Shown here piece after piece: positions 39,399-52,089 of a DNA stretch of 64,000 nucleotides. Source of the DNA: Octopus vulgaris (Eukaryota); NCBI GenBank assembly GCA_951406725.2, contig OX597816.1:182218001-182282000 (forward strand), read 5' to 3'. The notes beneath the pieces are model-generated. The model saw nothing but the letters and a program-made list of their open reading frames with translations. It ran no database searches and was not told the origin of the DNA. The position numbers and the translations under genes were made by a program. Numbering within the stretch: the first letter of the stretch is position 1; every line of letters begins with the position of its first letter.

Positions 39399-40833
39399 AT
39401 CATCATCATCATCATCATTGAGCGTCTGCCTTACATGCTAGCATGGGTTTGACGGTTCAACTGGGGTCTGGGAAGCCAGAAGGCTGCACCAGGCCCAGTC
39501 TGATCAGGTGATGTTTCTACGGCTGGATGCCCTTCCTAACGCCAACCACTCCGTGAGTGTAGTGGGTGCTTTTTATGTGCCAGACGGGGCTGGCACACGG
39601 CCACTGTCAGATGGTGCTTTTTACGTGCCACCGGCACGGGGGCCAGGCGAGGCTGGCAACGGTCACGATCGGATTGTTCGCTTACGTGCCACCGGCACTG
39701 GTATCACAGGTGCAATTTCCATTGATGTTGATCGACTTCGATTTTGGTTCTGATTTCCACTTGCCTCAACAGGTCTTCACAAGTGGAGTTTTGTGTCCCA
39801 AGAAGGAAAGGTATGCATAAGTCGACTGGCTACATCCCAGGTAGAGGCCATGGGTTATGGTCTCATTTGTCCTGCCGGGTCTTCTCAAGCACAGCATACT
39901 TCCATAGGTCTCGGTCTCTAGTCATTTCCTTGGTGAGACCTAAAGTTCGAAGGTCGTGCTTCACCACCTCGTCCCAGGTTTTCCTGGGTCTACCTCTTCC
40001 ACAGGTTCCCTCAACCGCTAGTGTGTGGCACTTTTTCACACAACTATCTTCATCCATTCTCGCCACATGACCATACCAGCGCAATCGTCTCTCTTGCACA
40101 CCACAAATGATGCTTCTTAGGTCCAACTTTTCTCTCAAGGTATTTACACTCTGTCGAGTATGAACACTGACATTACACATCCATCGGAGCATACTGGCTT
40201 CATTTCTTGTGAGCTTACACATATCCTCAGCAGTCACAGCCCATGTTTCACTACCATGTAGCATGGCTGTTCGTACACATGCATCATACAGTCTGCCTTT
40301 TACTCTGTGCGAGAGGCCTTTTGTCACCAGCAGGGGTAAGAGCTCTCTGAACTTTTCCCAGGCTATTCTTATTCTAGCAGTTACACTTTCAGCACACCCA
40401 CCCCAACTACTGACTTGGTCACCTAGGTAGCGGAAACTATCAGCTACTTCTAGTTTTTCTCCCTGGAATGTGGTAGAAGTTGGTCTCTGCACATTTTCAG
40501 TGTTTATTGCTTCTGAGCATTTGCCATATACAAAAACTATCTTCCCAGTTAGCCTTCCTTTGACATTGCTGCACCTCTTGTGTGTCCATAGCTTACACTT
40601 GGTGCATCTTATAGAGTTTCTACCTACACCTTTTCTACAGATCGAGCAGGGCCATCTACCTGAAGGCGTTTGTGATTTGTCTACCTTCCTACTTATTAGG
40701 ACTTTGGTTTTAGCTAGGTTGACTCTAAGGCCCTTCGATTCTAATCCTTGTTTCCACACCTGAAACTTCTCCTCCAGTTCTCATAGTGACTCAGCAATTA
40801 GAGCAAGGTCATCAGCATAGAGGAGCTCCCAGG
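39399..40833 (-). mobile_element. 5'-truncated RTE LINE
   Basis: Open RT C-terminal ORF 39863-40759, 3' UTR and (GAT)n tail. Confidence 0.93.
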
Positions 40834-40941
40834 TTTCATATATATATATGAAAATGAAAACATAGGTTATATCTGTAACAGTATTTTGTTTAATAAATAT
40901 ATATAGTCAACAGATGAGATCCAGAGATTCTTATTATAGAA

Positions 40942-41846
40942 CAGTGCTCTGCTACCTTTTTTCACTTGCGATATACTGCTATTATCCTAAACTGTCTTAT
41001 GTGCAAATTTGACTAAATGCGTTTTCTTTCAATATTTAATTTTGCCTGCAATAGCCAGTTCTTTTGGTCAAACTGTTGTATCTCCAGCTACTTCAGATGC
41101 CAGGATATGAAAATTGTACAACAGTATAACATTTTTCAAAAGTGTAGTAAGTCCCACATACGATAGTTTCGCAAAAATATTTCTGACGGAAAATATCATA
41201 TATGCATGGAGTTAGGATTTTATGCACCCAACAAAATATTATTGTTCAGCTGAAACTGTTGCTTAATGTAAAAAGAAATGGAATGGGGAAACTATTTTTT
41301 CGTTTTCTGAAAAAGCAATGTTTTAAATTTCATTTTTGGATTTGGTTTGCAAGATTTTTTATATGAGTTTGTGTGTTGGAGCATTTTCTGTTGTGTCTGG
41401 GGAGAGTCATTTTCTTTTTGTGCCTTATAATTTAACACACTCACCGGTAAAATTTCCACATATTTCTTATTTTCCAAAAATTTTTGTTGTGTCTTGCAAC
41501 TTTTTCAATAGTCTTGACTCTTGAAAATGTCAAGACTTGAAAAGGTTGCAAGATGCAACGAAAATTTTAGGAAAATAAGAAATAAGTGGAAATTTTACCG
41601 GTGAGTGAGTTAAATTATAAGGCACAAAAAGAGAATGACTCTCCCCAGACACAGTGTTTTAAACTTACGACAATTTCACATAATAACAACAACTTCTATT
41701 CTTTTCAAAATTCGGCAGCACACCTGAATTACAAATACAACTATAAGTATAGGGGGGGAAAAATTATATTTAGGTTACACTGTGGCACACCTAGCATCGT
41801 CTTGTGGCACATCAGTGTGCTGCGGCATACCGGTTGCAGAGCACTG
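40942..41846. mobile_element. Degraded hAT-like element
   Basis: 11-bp TIR CAGTGCTCTGC / GCAGAGCACTG. The putative 8-bp TSD matches only 5/8. Confidence 0.5.
41392..41653. mobile_element. Fold-back MITE (~125-bp arms, 10-bp loop)
   Basis: TGTGTCTGGGGAGAGTCATT...GTCTTGAC inverted as GTCAAGAC...AATGACTCTCCCCAGACACA. Confidence 0.8.
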
Positions 41847-41943
41847 GCATAGGAAACAGTTGTGCTCAAATGATTCAAACTTGGATACTGGTATTTCATA
41901 CTCAAACTGTTATATTTAATATACCTAATTTGTTTATCTGCAT

Positions 41944-42023
<80 letters not shown>

Positions 42024-42185
42024 AAACACAGTATGTGTGTGTGTGAAATGGTGAGCTGTATAGCTTATATTTACAGACACACACACACACACACATATAG
42101 TAAACTAGTTCGTTAAAATAGAAGTATTGTCTGTTCTAATAGAAGACCCAAATTTAGGTGGCAATAAACATTACCTCTCTCTATG

Positions 42186-42233
<48 letters not shown>

Positions 42234-42617
42234 CTAGCAGTATCGCCCGGCGTTGCTCAGGTTTGTAAGGGAAATAACTATAAAGCATTTTTAGAGAGTT
42301 ATAGCCAAAAAACAGCAAAAAGATGGAAAAAAATTATGGTAAATTTTTTTTTTTAGTTAAAAAAGGTGGAGTTGCGTCCCCTAGACAGTTTGCGGTTTGT
42401 GTTTCTGATTCTCGACCCCATGTCAAATTTATCGATTTTTTTCAGAACTGGGGGAACTTTTCAAAATTTTCGCTGCGTTAGTTTTGAATTATGACATTGG
42501 GCTATGTGTGTGTCAAGTTTCATCAGAATCGGTTGAAAGCCGTGGTCAGGGTGAGGGTACAACCTGACAGACACACAGAAACACGCACAGACAAACTGCC
42601 GTTTATATATAGAGAGA
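42234..42617 (-). mobile_element. Non-autonomous Helitron
   Basis: Reverse-complement copy of 33193-33575 with TC...CTAG ends in an AT site. Confidence 0.85.
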
Positions 42618-44332
42618 TGAAAATGTGTGTGAGTTGTCTTATATGGCTTTGGTTTGCCTTCGGTTGAAAGGTTGCATTGATTAAGGGTCACTTGGGATAT
42701 AGCAACAACTCACTAAACAAGTAAACCAGGGAGCTAGTATGTAGCCATTTGACTTACTAGAGATAGCAGCAAACTGCCCTCAAATTGCACCTTACTGTCT
42801 TAAATAAGGAACAAACACATTAGAAAACATTGTAGGAAGATGGAATAGTCATGGCTGGAATGCCTTTGATTATAGATTCACTCAGTCAATGCTCACCTGT
42901 GTCAAAATGACAACCAGAAAGTCACTGAATGGTTGTTTGAGCTGTTAGAAAGAGCAGCCAAATTTCCCTTTAATCACATTCTTAAATCAGCAACAAACAC
43001 TGGAAAATATCCTACATAACCCTAAATAGATGGGATGGTCAATTTTGGAGTCCTGTGATCATAAGCCAACTCGATTAGGACTCATTGTAGGTTAAACAAG
43101 TAGACAGTTTGAGTAATTTAACTGCTGAGATAATATCCTGAATAAAAATAGACATTTCCTGTTTTGGCTGACAAAAGATTAAAAATAAAAAGAGTTTTTG
43201 TGTGTGTGTGTTTTTTTAAATCTAAAATATTCCATGCTTTATCAAAACATTTCTCATTTAACTGATAAATAAAATGAGGAAATGTTTAGTTGTAAAGGTT
43301 TGGAATTTAGCTGTTACATTTGGTGAATACGTGTTTTGGGTTTTGTTATAAAATAAGTTAAGGCTGTGTGGTCATGAAGTTTGCTTCCTAACCATGTGGT
43401 TTCTGGTTCAGTCCCAGTATATGGTGCCTTGAGCAAATATCTTCTAGTTTATCCTTGTGTTAATCAAATCCTTGTACGTAGATTTGGTTAGACTGAAAGA
43501 AACCTGTCATATGGCATATATAGTTATGAGTTCATCATGATGTTGTTGCATGGAACTATCAAAATCTGTATTTGTTGATACTTTTCCTTCAATATCAACT
43601 CGTTATTGGACTTTCTTCTTGCAAGTCATTAATTATCTGAAACAGCTGTAAAGATAAGACTTCATGTAATTTGTATATGTAACTTTTAATATAAATACAT
43701 TCTTTGTGCCTGTTATTGTTTGTCTGTTTCTTTTCTTCTATTTCTGCTCAATGATGATGTTTCTTATAGCCATGACCATCCTGTCTTTTTCATATTTACA
43801 GAAAATTCGTCGGGTATTGGACAAAATACCTAAAGGACAGTAGGTTGGTAAAATTTGTAGAGTGTTAGACAAAATGCTTTGCAGTATTTAGTTTTGCTTC
43901 TTCAAGTAGTAATTTTTAATTCCACCAGAGTCGCATTTACCTTTCATCCATGCAGGAGTAAATAAAATACATACCGTTGAGGAACTGGCATCAATACAGC
44001 ATTTCTCGTAGGAGGAAGTGTCAAGGTGGTGAATATGTGGGAACTGAAAAGTAGGTACACAAATTGCTGTGTGTAATAAAAAATTAAGATGCCTTCCACC
44101 TTTTTATATTGTCAAACACCATGGTGAAGAAAGGATTACATCAATGCAAATTTTGCTTGTCTTCTCATAAATAAAATGGGAGAGGGGGACCATAAAATTT
44201 TTATATTTTTAAATCTTATTTATCTCCTCTGTAACTACAACCTCTCTCTTGGCACATGGCCACTTCTCTCAGTTCCTCTCCCTCTCTCAAATGTGATGTC
44301 TTTGTTTTGCAAGCCACTGGATGACCCTGTGG

Positions 44333-44650
44333 GTACTGGTGTCACGTAAGAAGCACCTGCGCAGGTGCGATGTAAAAGAGTACCCTTGCCAGCACCATGT
44401 AAGAACTCCCTGTGCTGGTGCTATGTAAGAACTCCTCTATACCAGTGCCACATTAGAATCCCCGGTGTCAGCGTCATTTAAGAATCACCCATGCCGGCAC
44501 CATGTAACAATCATCTGTTCTGGCTTCACATAAGAATCACCTGTCCTGGCGCCATGAAAAAAGCACCCATACTGGCTCCATGGAGAAAGCACTCAATACT
44601 CTCTGTAAAGTGGATGGCATGGAAAAGTGATGTTAAATGATGATGATGGT
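44333..44650 (+). repeat. ~26-bp degenerate tandem array from an RTE 3' UTR motif, ending in an RTE-type tail
   Basis: About 10 units resembling TGCCGGTGCCACGTAAGAAGCACCC, followed by GGCATGGAAAAGTGATGTTAAATGATGATG. Confidence 0.65.
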
Positions 44651-45610
44651 TTATTTATTGTGGAGGGGTAGATGTTAGTATCAGAACCACTGGTTTTGCT
44701 GGGTATAATCTCTCTTTTCCTTAACCTGAAGCTGTCCCTGTATTTATGTTAGAAATAAATACTTGCAGTTTCTTTTAAGCTGCGACTTTATCTTTCTTGT
44801 TTTCTTTTGTTTGTTTCTTCTTCTTCCTCCTCCTCTTCTTCTTCTTCTTTCTTCCCTCCTCCTCCTCTTTCTTCATCAACAAAACTTTTTGTTACACTAT
44901 GTCAACAGTGGAAAAAAAATCGTTTGTGTTGTAATAATGGGGACCAGCAAATGCTTTTCTATTTCTTATTCAACAGCTGCAATAAATGTAGAGTATTTTA
45001 CTTCTCAGTTGATAGTGTCTTTATCGTCCACAACCCATTTTCCTTAAAATTCTTTGAATGGATGACACATATTTAAGTTCCTCTTAACCAGTTCCTTATG
45101 TCTGTTACGTCATCTTGCTTTTCTTATATTATCCAAACTAGAATAAATATTACTGAGTCACATGTTGTTGTTTCTTCTTTATTGTGTGCCGTGTGTAATA
45201 CTGAAGTACAAGTGTGGCTATGTGGTTTATGACTTTGCTTCCCAACCACATAGTTTTGGGTTCAGTCCCACTGCATGGCACCTTGGACAAGTATTTAAGT
45301 TTTGTGTGTATCTTTGTGTCTGTGTTTCTCCCAACATTTGACAACTAGTATTGTTATGTCTACGTTTCCATTACTTAGCAGTTTGGCAATAGAAACTGAT
45401 AGAATAAGTATCAAGCTTAAAAAAAAAATACTGCAGTTGATTCATTTGACTAAAACAATTTTTCAGGGTGGTACCCCAGTATAGTCAGAGCCAAAAGGCT
45501 AAAACAGGTAACAGATAAAAGATAGAAGATATAGCCCTCAGATGATCAAAGCTTTGTGAGTCAATTTGGGAAACTGAAAGGAGCCTGTTGTGTATGTGAA
45601 GTATTACATC

Positions 45611-46823
45611 TACAGGGTGCCAAAAGTTACTTACCAATATCAAAGCTCATTTCATATATATTACTCTTTACTCTCTTTTACTCTTTTACTTGTTTCAGCC
45701 ATTTGACTGTGGCCATGCTGGAGCACTGCCTTTAGTTGAGCAAATCGACCCCAGGACTTATTCTTTGTAAGCCTAGTACTTATTCTATTGATCACTTTTG
45801 TTGAACCGCTAAGTTACGGGGACGCAAACACACCAGCATCAGTTGTCAAGCGATGTTGGGGGGGACGAACACAAACACACACACACACACACAGATATAT
45901 ATACATACATACGACGAGTTTCTTTCAGTTTCCGTCTACCAAATCCACTCACAAGGCTTTGGTCGGCCCAAGGCTATAATAGAAGTAACTCGCCCAAGGT
46001 GCCACGCAGTGGGACTGAACTCGGAACCATGTGGTTGGTAAACAAGTTACTTACCACACAGTCACTCCTACGCCTATTATTGCATATAATACCACACAGC
46101 CACTCTTACGCCTATATTGCATATATTTTTTTTCTAAAATTGAGTAAAATAAATAAAATAATGATGAAGACAAGTGTACTTGTACATGATGAACAAAATG
46201 AATAATAATAATTATTATTCCTACTCTTAGGCACAAGGCCTTGAAAATTTTGGAGGAGGGGGCTAGTCAATGACATCAACCCCACGACTTAACTGGGAGT
46301 TATTTCATCGACTCTGAAAAAATGAAAGGCAAAGTTGACCGTGACAGAATGTAAACTCAGAACATAGTGGCAGACAAAATACTGCTAAGCATTTTGTTTG
46401 GCATACCAACAATCCTGCCATGTCGCCACCTTAATAAGAGTACTCAGCGCAAACCTCTGCCGAGGCAACACCAACGTCCTCTCAACGATTAGCCAGAGAT
46501 GATTTTTAAAATAAGAATATCTGAAATGAACTCGACTGCTCTCACAAACAAGAATACTGAAAATGGACCCAACTGCTCTCAAAAATTAAGTATAAAACAG
46601 GAAAAATAATCCAGAATCCTTTGATCCCAAAATCTAATCAGTTTGTTCCATGTCCCTGAAAGTTTCATTTGAATTCATCCAACAGCTCTTGAGATATCTT
46701 GTCCACAGACAAACAAGCCAACATGATTGGAAACAATATCTCTGTCTTTGCTAAGGCAGAGGCAATAATGTAATATAAATAAAATGTCAAATGTTTTGGT
46801 GCGTGTCTTTTGGCCCACCCTGT
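45611..46823. mobile_element. Possible Tc1/mariner-like MITE disrupted by SINEs
   Basis: TACAGGGTGCCAAAAG and CTTTTGGCCCACCCTGT form imperfect inverted ends. Confidence 0.35.
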
Positions 46824-47829
46824 CTTTATATATATGTATGTATGTATGAATGTGTGTGTGTATTTGTCTCCTTTACAGCAATTCCATGATCAGTGTAAAT
46901 GAATGTCAACGTGTAAGCATTGACCTTAGAAAATTTGCCTTAATAAATTTTATCCACTTCTCCAAGCTTGCAAGATTCCATGCAGGCATGAAAAAGTGGA
47001 CATTAAAATGATGATGATATCTTCTGTCTGAATTCATATCCCTGTGCCAGTGTTATTTTGTTAGTTTTAGTAAGTGTGGTCAGGTGTATGCTTTACTGAG
47101 GAGTTTTAATGAAATTAAAACACATCTGAAGTTGTCTCCCTTACTGGCCAAAAGGAAAAAAAATATTGTGTGTCACTGACTCATTGATTTCTTTTCATTT
47201 GAGATTTTTACTATAACATAATTTGATGTTGATCAAATTTGATATACTGACACTAATATAACTATTCATTTATATTGCTGCCACATATATAGAATTATTA
47301 ACAAAGCCACATAATTCTCTAAACTAGAATTTGTTACTAAGTGAGTGAGATTTCAAAGAATCTGCCCTGGACAAGACGTCAATCCATTACAGGGTCATTG
47401 TTATGAAAATTGCACAATATAAAAAACTATAACTAAATATAGAATTTGTAACTAAAAAAATATTAAATCTGTCTCATGCCTACAGGATCAGGTTGGAGTT
47501 TATCCGGTGATAATCCTGTTCAGTTGACCACCAGACCTGGTTCAGCTGCATAACTCTTCGGCATTCAGATTATTCCATCAAAAGTAATGCTTATTTATTC
47601 ACATTGTTTTGAATTAATCATTTTGATGGGGAAACTGTTAATATTTGGAATGATATTGTAGGGTTGGTGTAAGAGACCAGATCTGGCCAGCTTGAACATA
47701 AAACGGAGAGAGATGGAGAAAGATGGGATGAACTTTAACAAGTTTGACTGATCATAACTAATTTTGTTAACCTGTTCATATTGATACTAAAATTGACTTT
47801 AGATTTATTCTGAACAATGACACTCTTAA

Positions 47830-48045
47830 CCCTTTCATTACCAACCCGGTTGAAACCGGCTCTGGCTCTGAGTACAAATGTCTTGTTTTCATAAGTTTTG
47901 AATTGAAATCTTCCACCAAACCCTAGTCACAATTTATGTTCCTAACACTAGCTGAATGATAAGTTATTTTACTAAATTCTTTGTTACATTTAAAGTAATT
48001 AAAAGAAACACAGAGCATTTCAAAACAAATACAGTAATGAAAGGG
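47830..48045. mobile_element. piggyBac-like MITE
   Basis: TTAA TSD, TIR CCCTTTCATTAC / GTAATGAAAGGG, homologous to 34451-34660. Confidence 0.85.
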
Positions 48046-49081
48046 TTAAAGCAAAGGGAAACTAAAAATAATTTTCCTATTTCTGTTTACATAAGCAGGA
48101 AACCTAGTTTGTGTTTTCACACTTCTTTCTCACTTGAAATGCTGTAACTCCACCCAGCGATTACCAGAAGTGTGAAAGCAAATTTTGTTTTTCTTTATTC
48201 TCCCAATTTTCGTCTTGCTTCTCTTCTTCAGCTAAACTATTTCTAAATTGAATTTCTGCAACATATCACACACACACATTTCATATTAAAAGTAGAAAAA
48301 GTAGTTTTTTAATTAATTAAAGATGATGATCCTTTCTACTGGAAGCACAAGGCCTCAAATTTGGGGGAAGGGATTAAGTCGATTACATCAACCCCAGTGC
48401 ATAACTGGTACTTACTTAATTGACCTCGAAAGGATGAAAAGCAAAGTCAACCCCGGCAGAATGTGAACTCAGAATGTAGTTGGCAGACGAAATACCGCTA
48501 AACATTTCGCCCGGCGTGCTAACAATTCTGCCAGCTCGCCACTTTGATGAAGATGATAATAATGATGACAGAATGATAACGGGAGAGATTTAGAATTCCA
48601 AACATTTATGAAACACAAAAAATGTCACAGGAATTCTGAACATAATGAAAATTTGTGGGTGTATAGCAACTGTAGTTGACACAATTCTGTATAAACATTT
48701 TGCCAAATGTGTGTGTGTGACTCATCTTTTTTTCTTCTTTTGTTGGTTTCAGTCATTGGGCTGTTGCTTTGCTGGAGTATCATGGTTTTTCTTAGCATCA
48801 AGCAGTTAATCATACTTTTTATAGCTCTCTGTTTGTTGAACTGCTATGTACAGGACTTAAAAGAGACACAGCATAGATATGTACATACGTATATGCATAC
48901 ACATGCATGAGAAGCTTGCTTACCAACCACATGGTTGTGGGTTCAGTCCCACTACGTGGCACCTTGGGCTAGTGTCTTCTATAAGCCTTGGGCTGACCAA
49001 AACCTTGTGAGTGGATTTGGTCAATGGAAACTGAAAGAAACCCGTCATATATGTGTGAATATATATATATGTGTGTGTGTG

Positions 49082-49144
<63 letters not shown>

Positions 49145-49155
49145 ATGTATATATA

Positions 49156-49204
<49 letters not shown>

Positions 49205-49291
49205 ATGTATATATATGTGTGTGTGTGTATATATATATATATGTATATATATGTGTGTGTGTATATATATATATATGTATATATATGTGTG

Positions 49292-49322
<31 letters not shown>

Positions 49323-49337
49323 ATGTGTGTGTGTATA

Positions 49338-49382
<45 letters not shown>

Positions 49383-49574
49383 TTATATATGTGTGTTTAT
49401 ATCCCCGTAACTTAGTGGTTCAACAAAAGAGACCGATAGAATAAGTACTAGGTTTAACAAATAAGTCCTGGGGGTGATTTGTTTAACTAAGATCCTTCAA
49501 GTCAGTGCTCCAGCATGATTGAAGTCAAATGACTGAAACAAGTAAATGAATATATATACATATATATATATATA

Positions 49575-49756
49575 TCATCATCATCATTTAACGTCCACTT
49601 TGCATCGTGATGGCATGGGTTGGAAGGTTTGACAGGAGCTTCTACATAGCCAGGTTGGACAGGTCGACAGGAGCTGGCTATGTAGAAGCTCCTGTCGACC
49701 TGTCCAACCCATGCCAGCATGGAAAGCAGATGTAAAATGATGATGTTGATGATGAT
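49575..49756. repeat. Head-to-head fold-back of two RTE-type 3' tails
   Basis: (CAT)n...TGGCATGGGTTGGA on the left and TCCAACCCATGCCA...(GAT)n on the right, with two overlapping perfect 23-bp inverted repeats inside. Confidence 0.8.
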
Positions 49757-50027
49757 ACATATACATAAATGTGGCGTGTGGTTTAGTGGTTAGGGTGTTG
49801 AGCTCATGATTGTATGATTGCAGTTTCAACTCCTGGACTGGACGGTGCATTGTGTCCTTGAGCAAAACACTTCATTTCATGTTGCTCCAGTCCACTCACC
49901 TGGAAAAATAAGTAACCCTACGACAGACCGGTGCCCTGTCCAGGGTGGAGGGGACATAAGCTCCACAGAAACCAAGAAACTGTCCCAATGAATATATGGC
50001 TCAGGAATGTTCTTTATCCTTTATTTT

Positions 50028-50696
50028 GAGGAGAGATGTATGAAGAAGTGCCACTCCCTAACAGTTGAAGGAATCCTGGGTAGAGGCAGACCCAAGAGAA
50101 CATGGGATGAGGTGGTCGAGCATGACCTTCAAACATTGGGCCTCACAGAGGCAATAACGAAAGACTGGGACCTCTGGAGATATGCTGTGACTGTGAAGAT
50201 CCGACAAATAATGTGAGTTCATGGCTGTATCCTACACCAGCTTCACATAATCAGCCCCAGCCCATTCAAAGTACCTTTGATCGCAGGATGGCCTGCTGTG
50301 CTTACCTTGGATTGTAGGGTGACCTGCTGTGCTTGAGGAGACCTATTGAGACAAGTACATCAAATGGAAATTGTAGTTGTGATGCCCATGTGGGCACGTA
50401 AGAAGCACCATCCGAATGTGGCCGATGCCAGTGCTGCCTTGACTGGCTTCCGTGCTGGTGGCACGTAAAAGGCACCAATCGATCATGGCTGTTGCCAGCC
50501 TCCTCTGGCCCCTGTGCCGGTGGCACATAAAAAGCACCCACTACACTCATGGAATTGTTGGCATTAGGAAGGGCATCCAGCTGTAGAAACACTGCCAGAA
50601 CAGACTGGAGCCTGGTGCAGCTTCCTGGCTTCCCAGACCTCTTTCGAACCATCCAACCCATACTAGCATGGAAAACAGACGTTAAATAATGATGAT
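50028..50696 (+). mobile_element. RTE 3' fragment
   Basis: KKCHSLTVEG..GRGRPKRTW, 3' UTR and tail. Other 3' UTR-only copies are at 51860-51976, 54339-54572(-), 56320-56746 and 62312-62830(-). Confidence 0.85.
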
Positions 50697-51759
50697 ATAC
50701 TAGCTTAAAAGCCACACTCCATGTGGATTTTAAAGCTAGCTCCTACAGTGGGCTAATTGGATCTGTGACCCAAAGCTAAAGAGAGCTAAATAGCATGACT
50801 GTAATACATCTATGATGACTATATGCTGCCCCGGTGGTGTTTGATGAGAGGTTAAGGACAGATGAGAATGAATTCTGTAATGCAATCATTCTATTGTTCC
50901 AGTCCCAAGTTGAATTCCAGCTGTTGGCCAATTTGTCCCAAAGTTCTTATCTTGAAGTAAAATAAATGAGGCGAATGTCATTTATCTCCCCTTAATCTCT
51001 GACATCATCTGACAAATGCCAACCAAGATGGTGTAAATCAGTTAAGTTTTAACTGCTAGAATAGCAACGCAAATGCTTTTAAATTGCATTACAATGCTAG
51101 ATGTTCAAGAACCAAACTAAGGACAGATTTGAATTCCCAGGATCATTATGTTTCCAAATCGATATATGTTTATGTAGAGATGTAGACTGAGGTACAGGGG
51201 TCCCAGATGGACAGACAAAATTTTGCTTTTATTATTATAGAAGATATATATACACATACATATATATTCTTTTATCTTATCGCTTGTTTCAGTCATTGGA
51301 CTGCAGCCATGCTGGGGCACCGCCTTGAATTTTTATTCAAATGAATTGACTCTAGTACTTATTTTTTAAGCCTGGTATTTATTCTGTCAGTCATTTTTGT
51401 CGAACTGCTAAGTTATGGGGACGCAACCACGCCAACACTGGTTGTCAAGTGGTGGTAGTGTGTGTGTGTCTGGGGGGGGGGGGTAAACACAGATACAAAG
51501 ACCCAAATACTTTCCAACCACATTCTGGGTTCGGTTGCACTGCGTGGCACCTAGAACTATAGCCTTGGTGTAACCAAAGGTTTGTGAGGATGATTTGGTA
51601 AAAAGAAACTGAAAGAAGCCTGTCATGTGTGTGTGTGTCCCTCACAGCCACTTGACAACTAATTTAGCATTTCGGAAAAAGACACCAACAGAACTAGTAT
51701 CAGGTTCAACAAAAATAAAAATACTGCTGTTGATTCCTTTGACTAAAATTCCTAAAGAT

Positions 51760-51859
51760 NNNNNNNNNNNNNNNNNNNNNNNNNNNNNNNNNNNNNNNNN
51801 NNNNNNNNNNNNNNNNNNNNNNNNNNNNNNNNNNNNNNNNNNNNNNNNNNNNNNNNNNN
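51760..51859. other. Assembly gap (100 N)
   Basis: Run of exactly 100 N. Confidence 0.99.
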
Positions 51860-51973
51860 GATTAGACTGGAGCCTGGTGCAGCCTTCTGGCTTCCCTGAT
51901 CCCCGGTCGAATCGTCCAACCCATGCTAGCATGGAGAACGGACGTTAAACGATGATGATGATGATGATGATGA

Positions 51974-52044
<71 letters not shown>

Positions 52045-52089
52045 CATAAATATATATATACATATATACATATATATATATACATATAT

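Noticed and set aside
44333-44595. CRISPR-like periodic array
   Set aside because: Contiguous degenerate units without unique spacers, no cas genes, eukaryotic context, and derived from the RTE 3' UTR.
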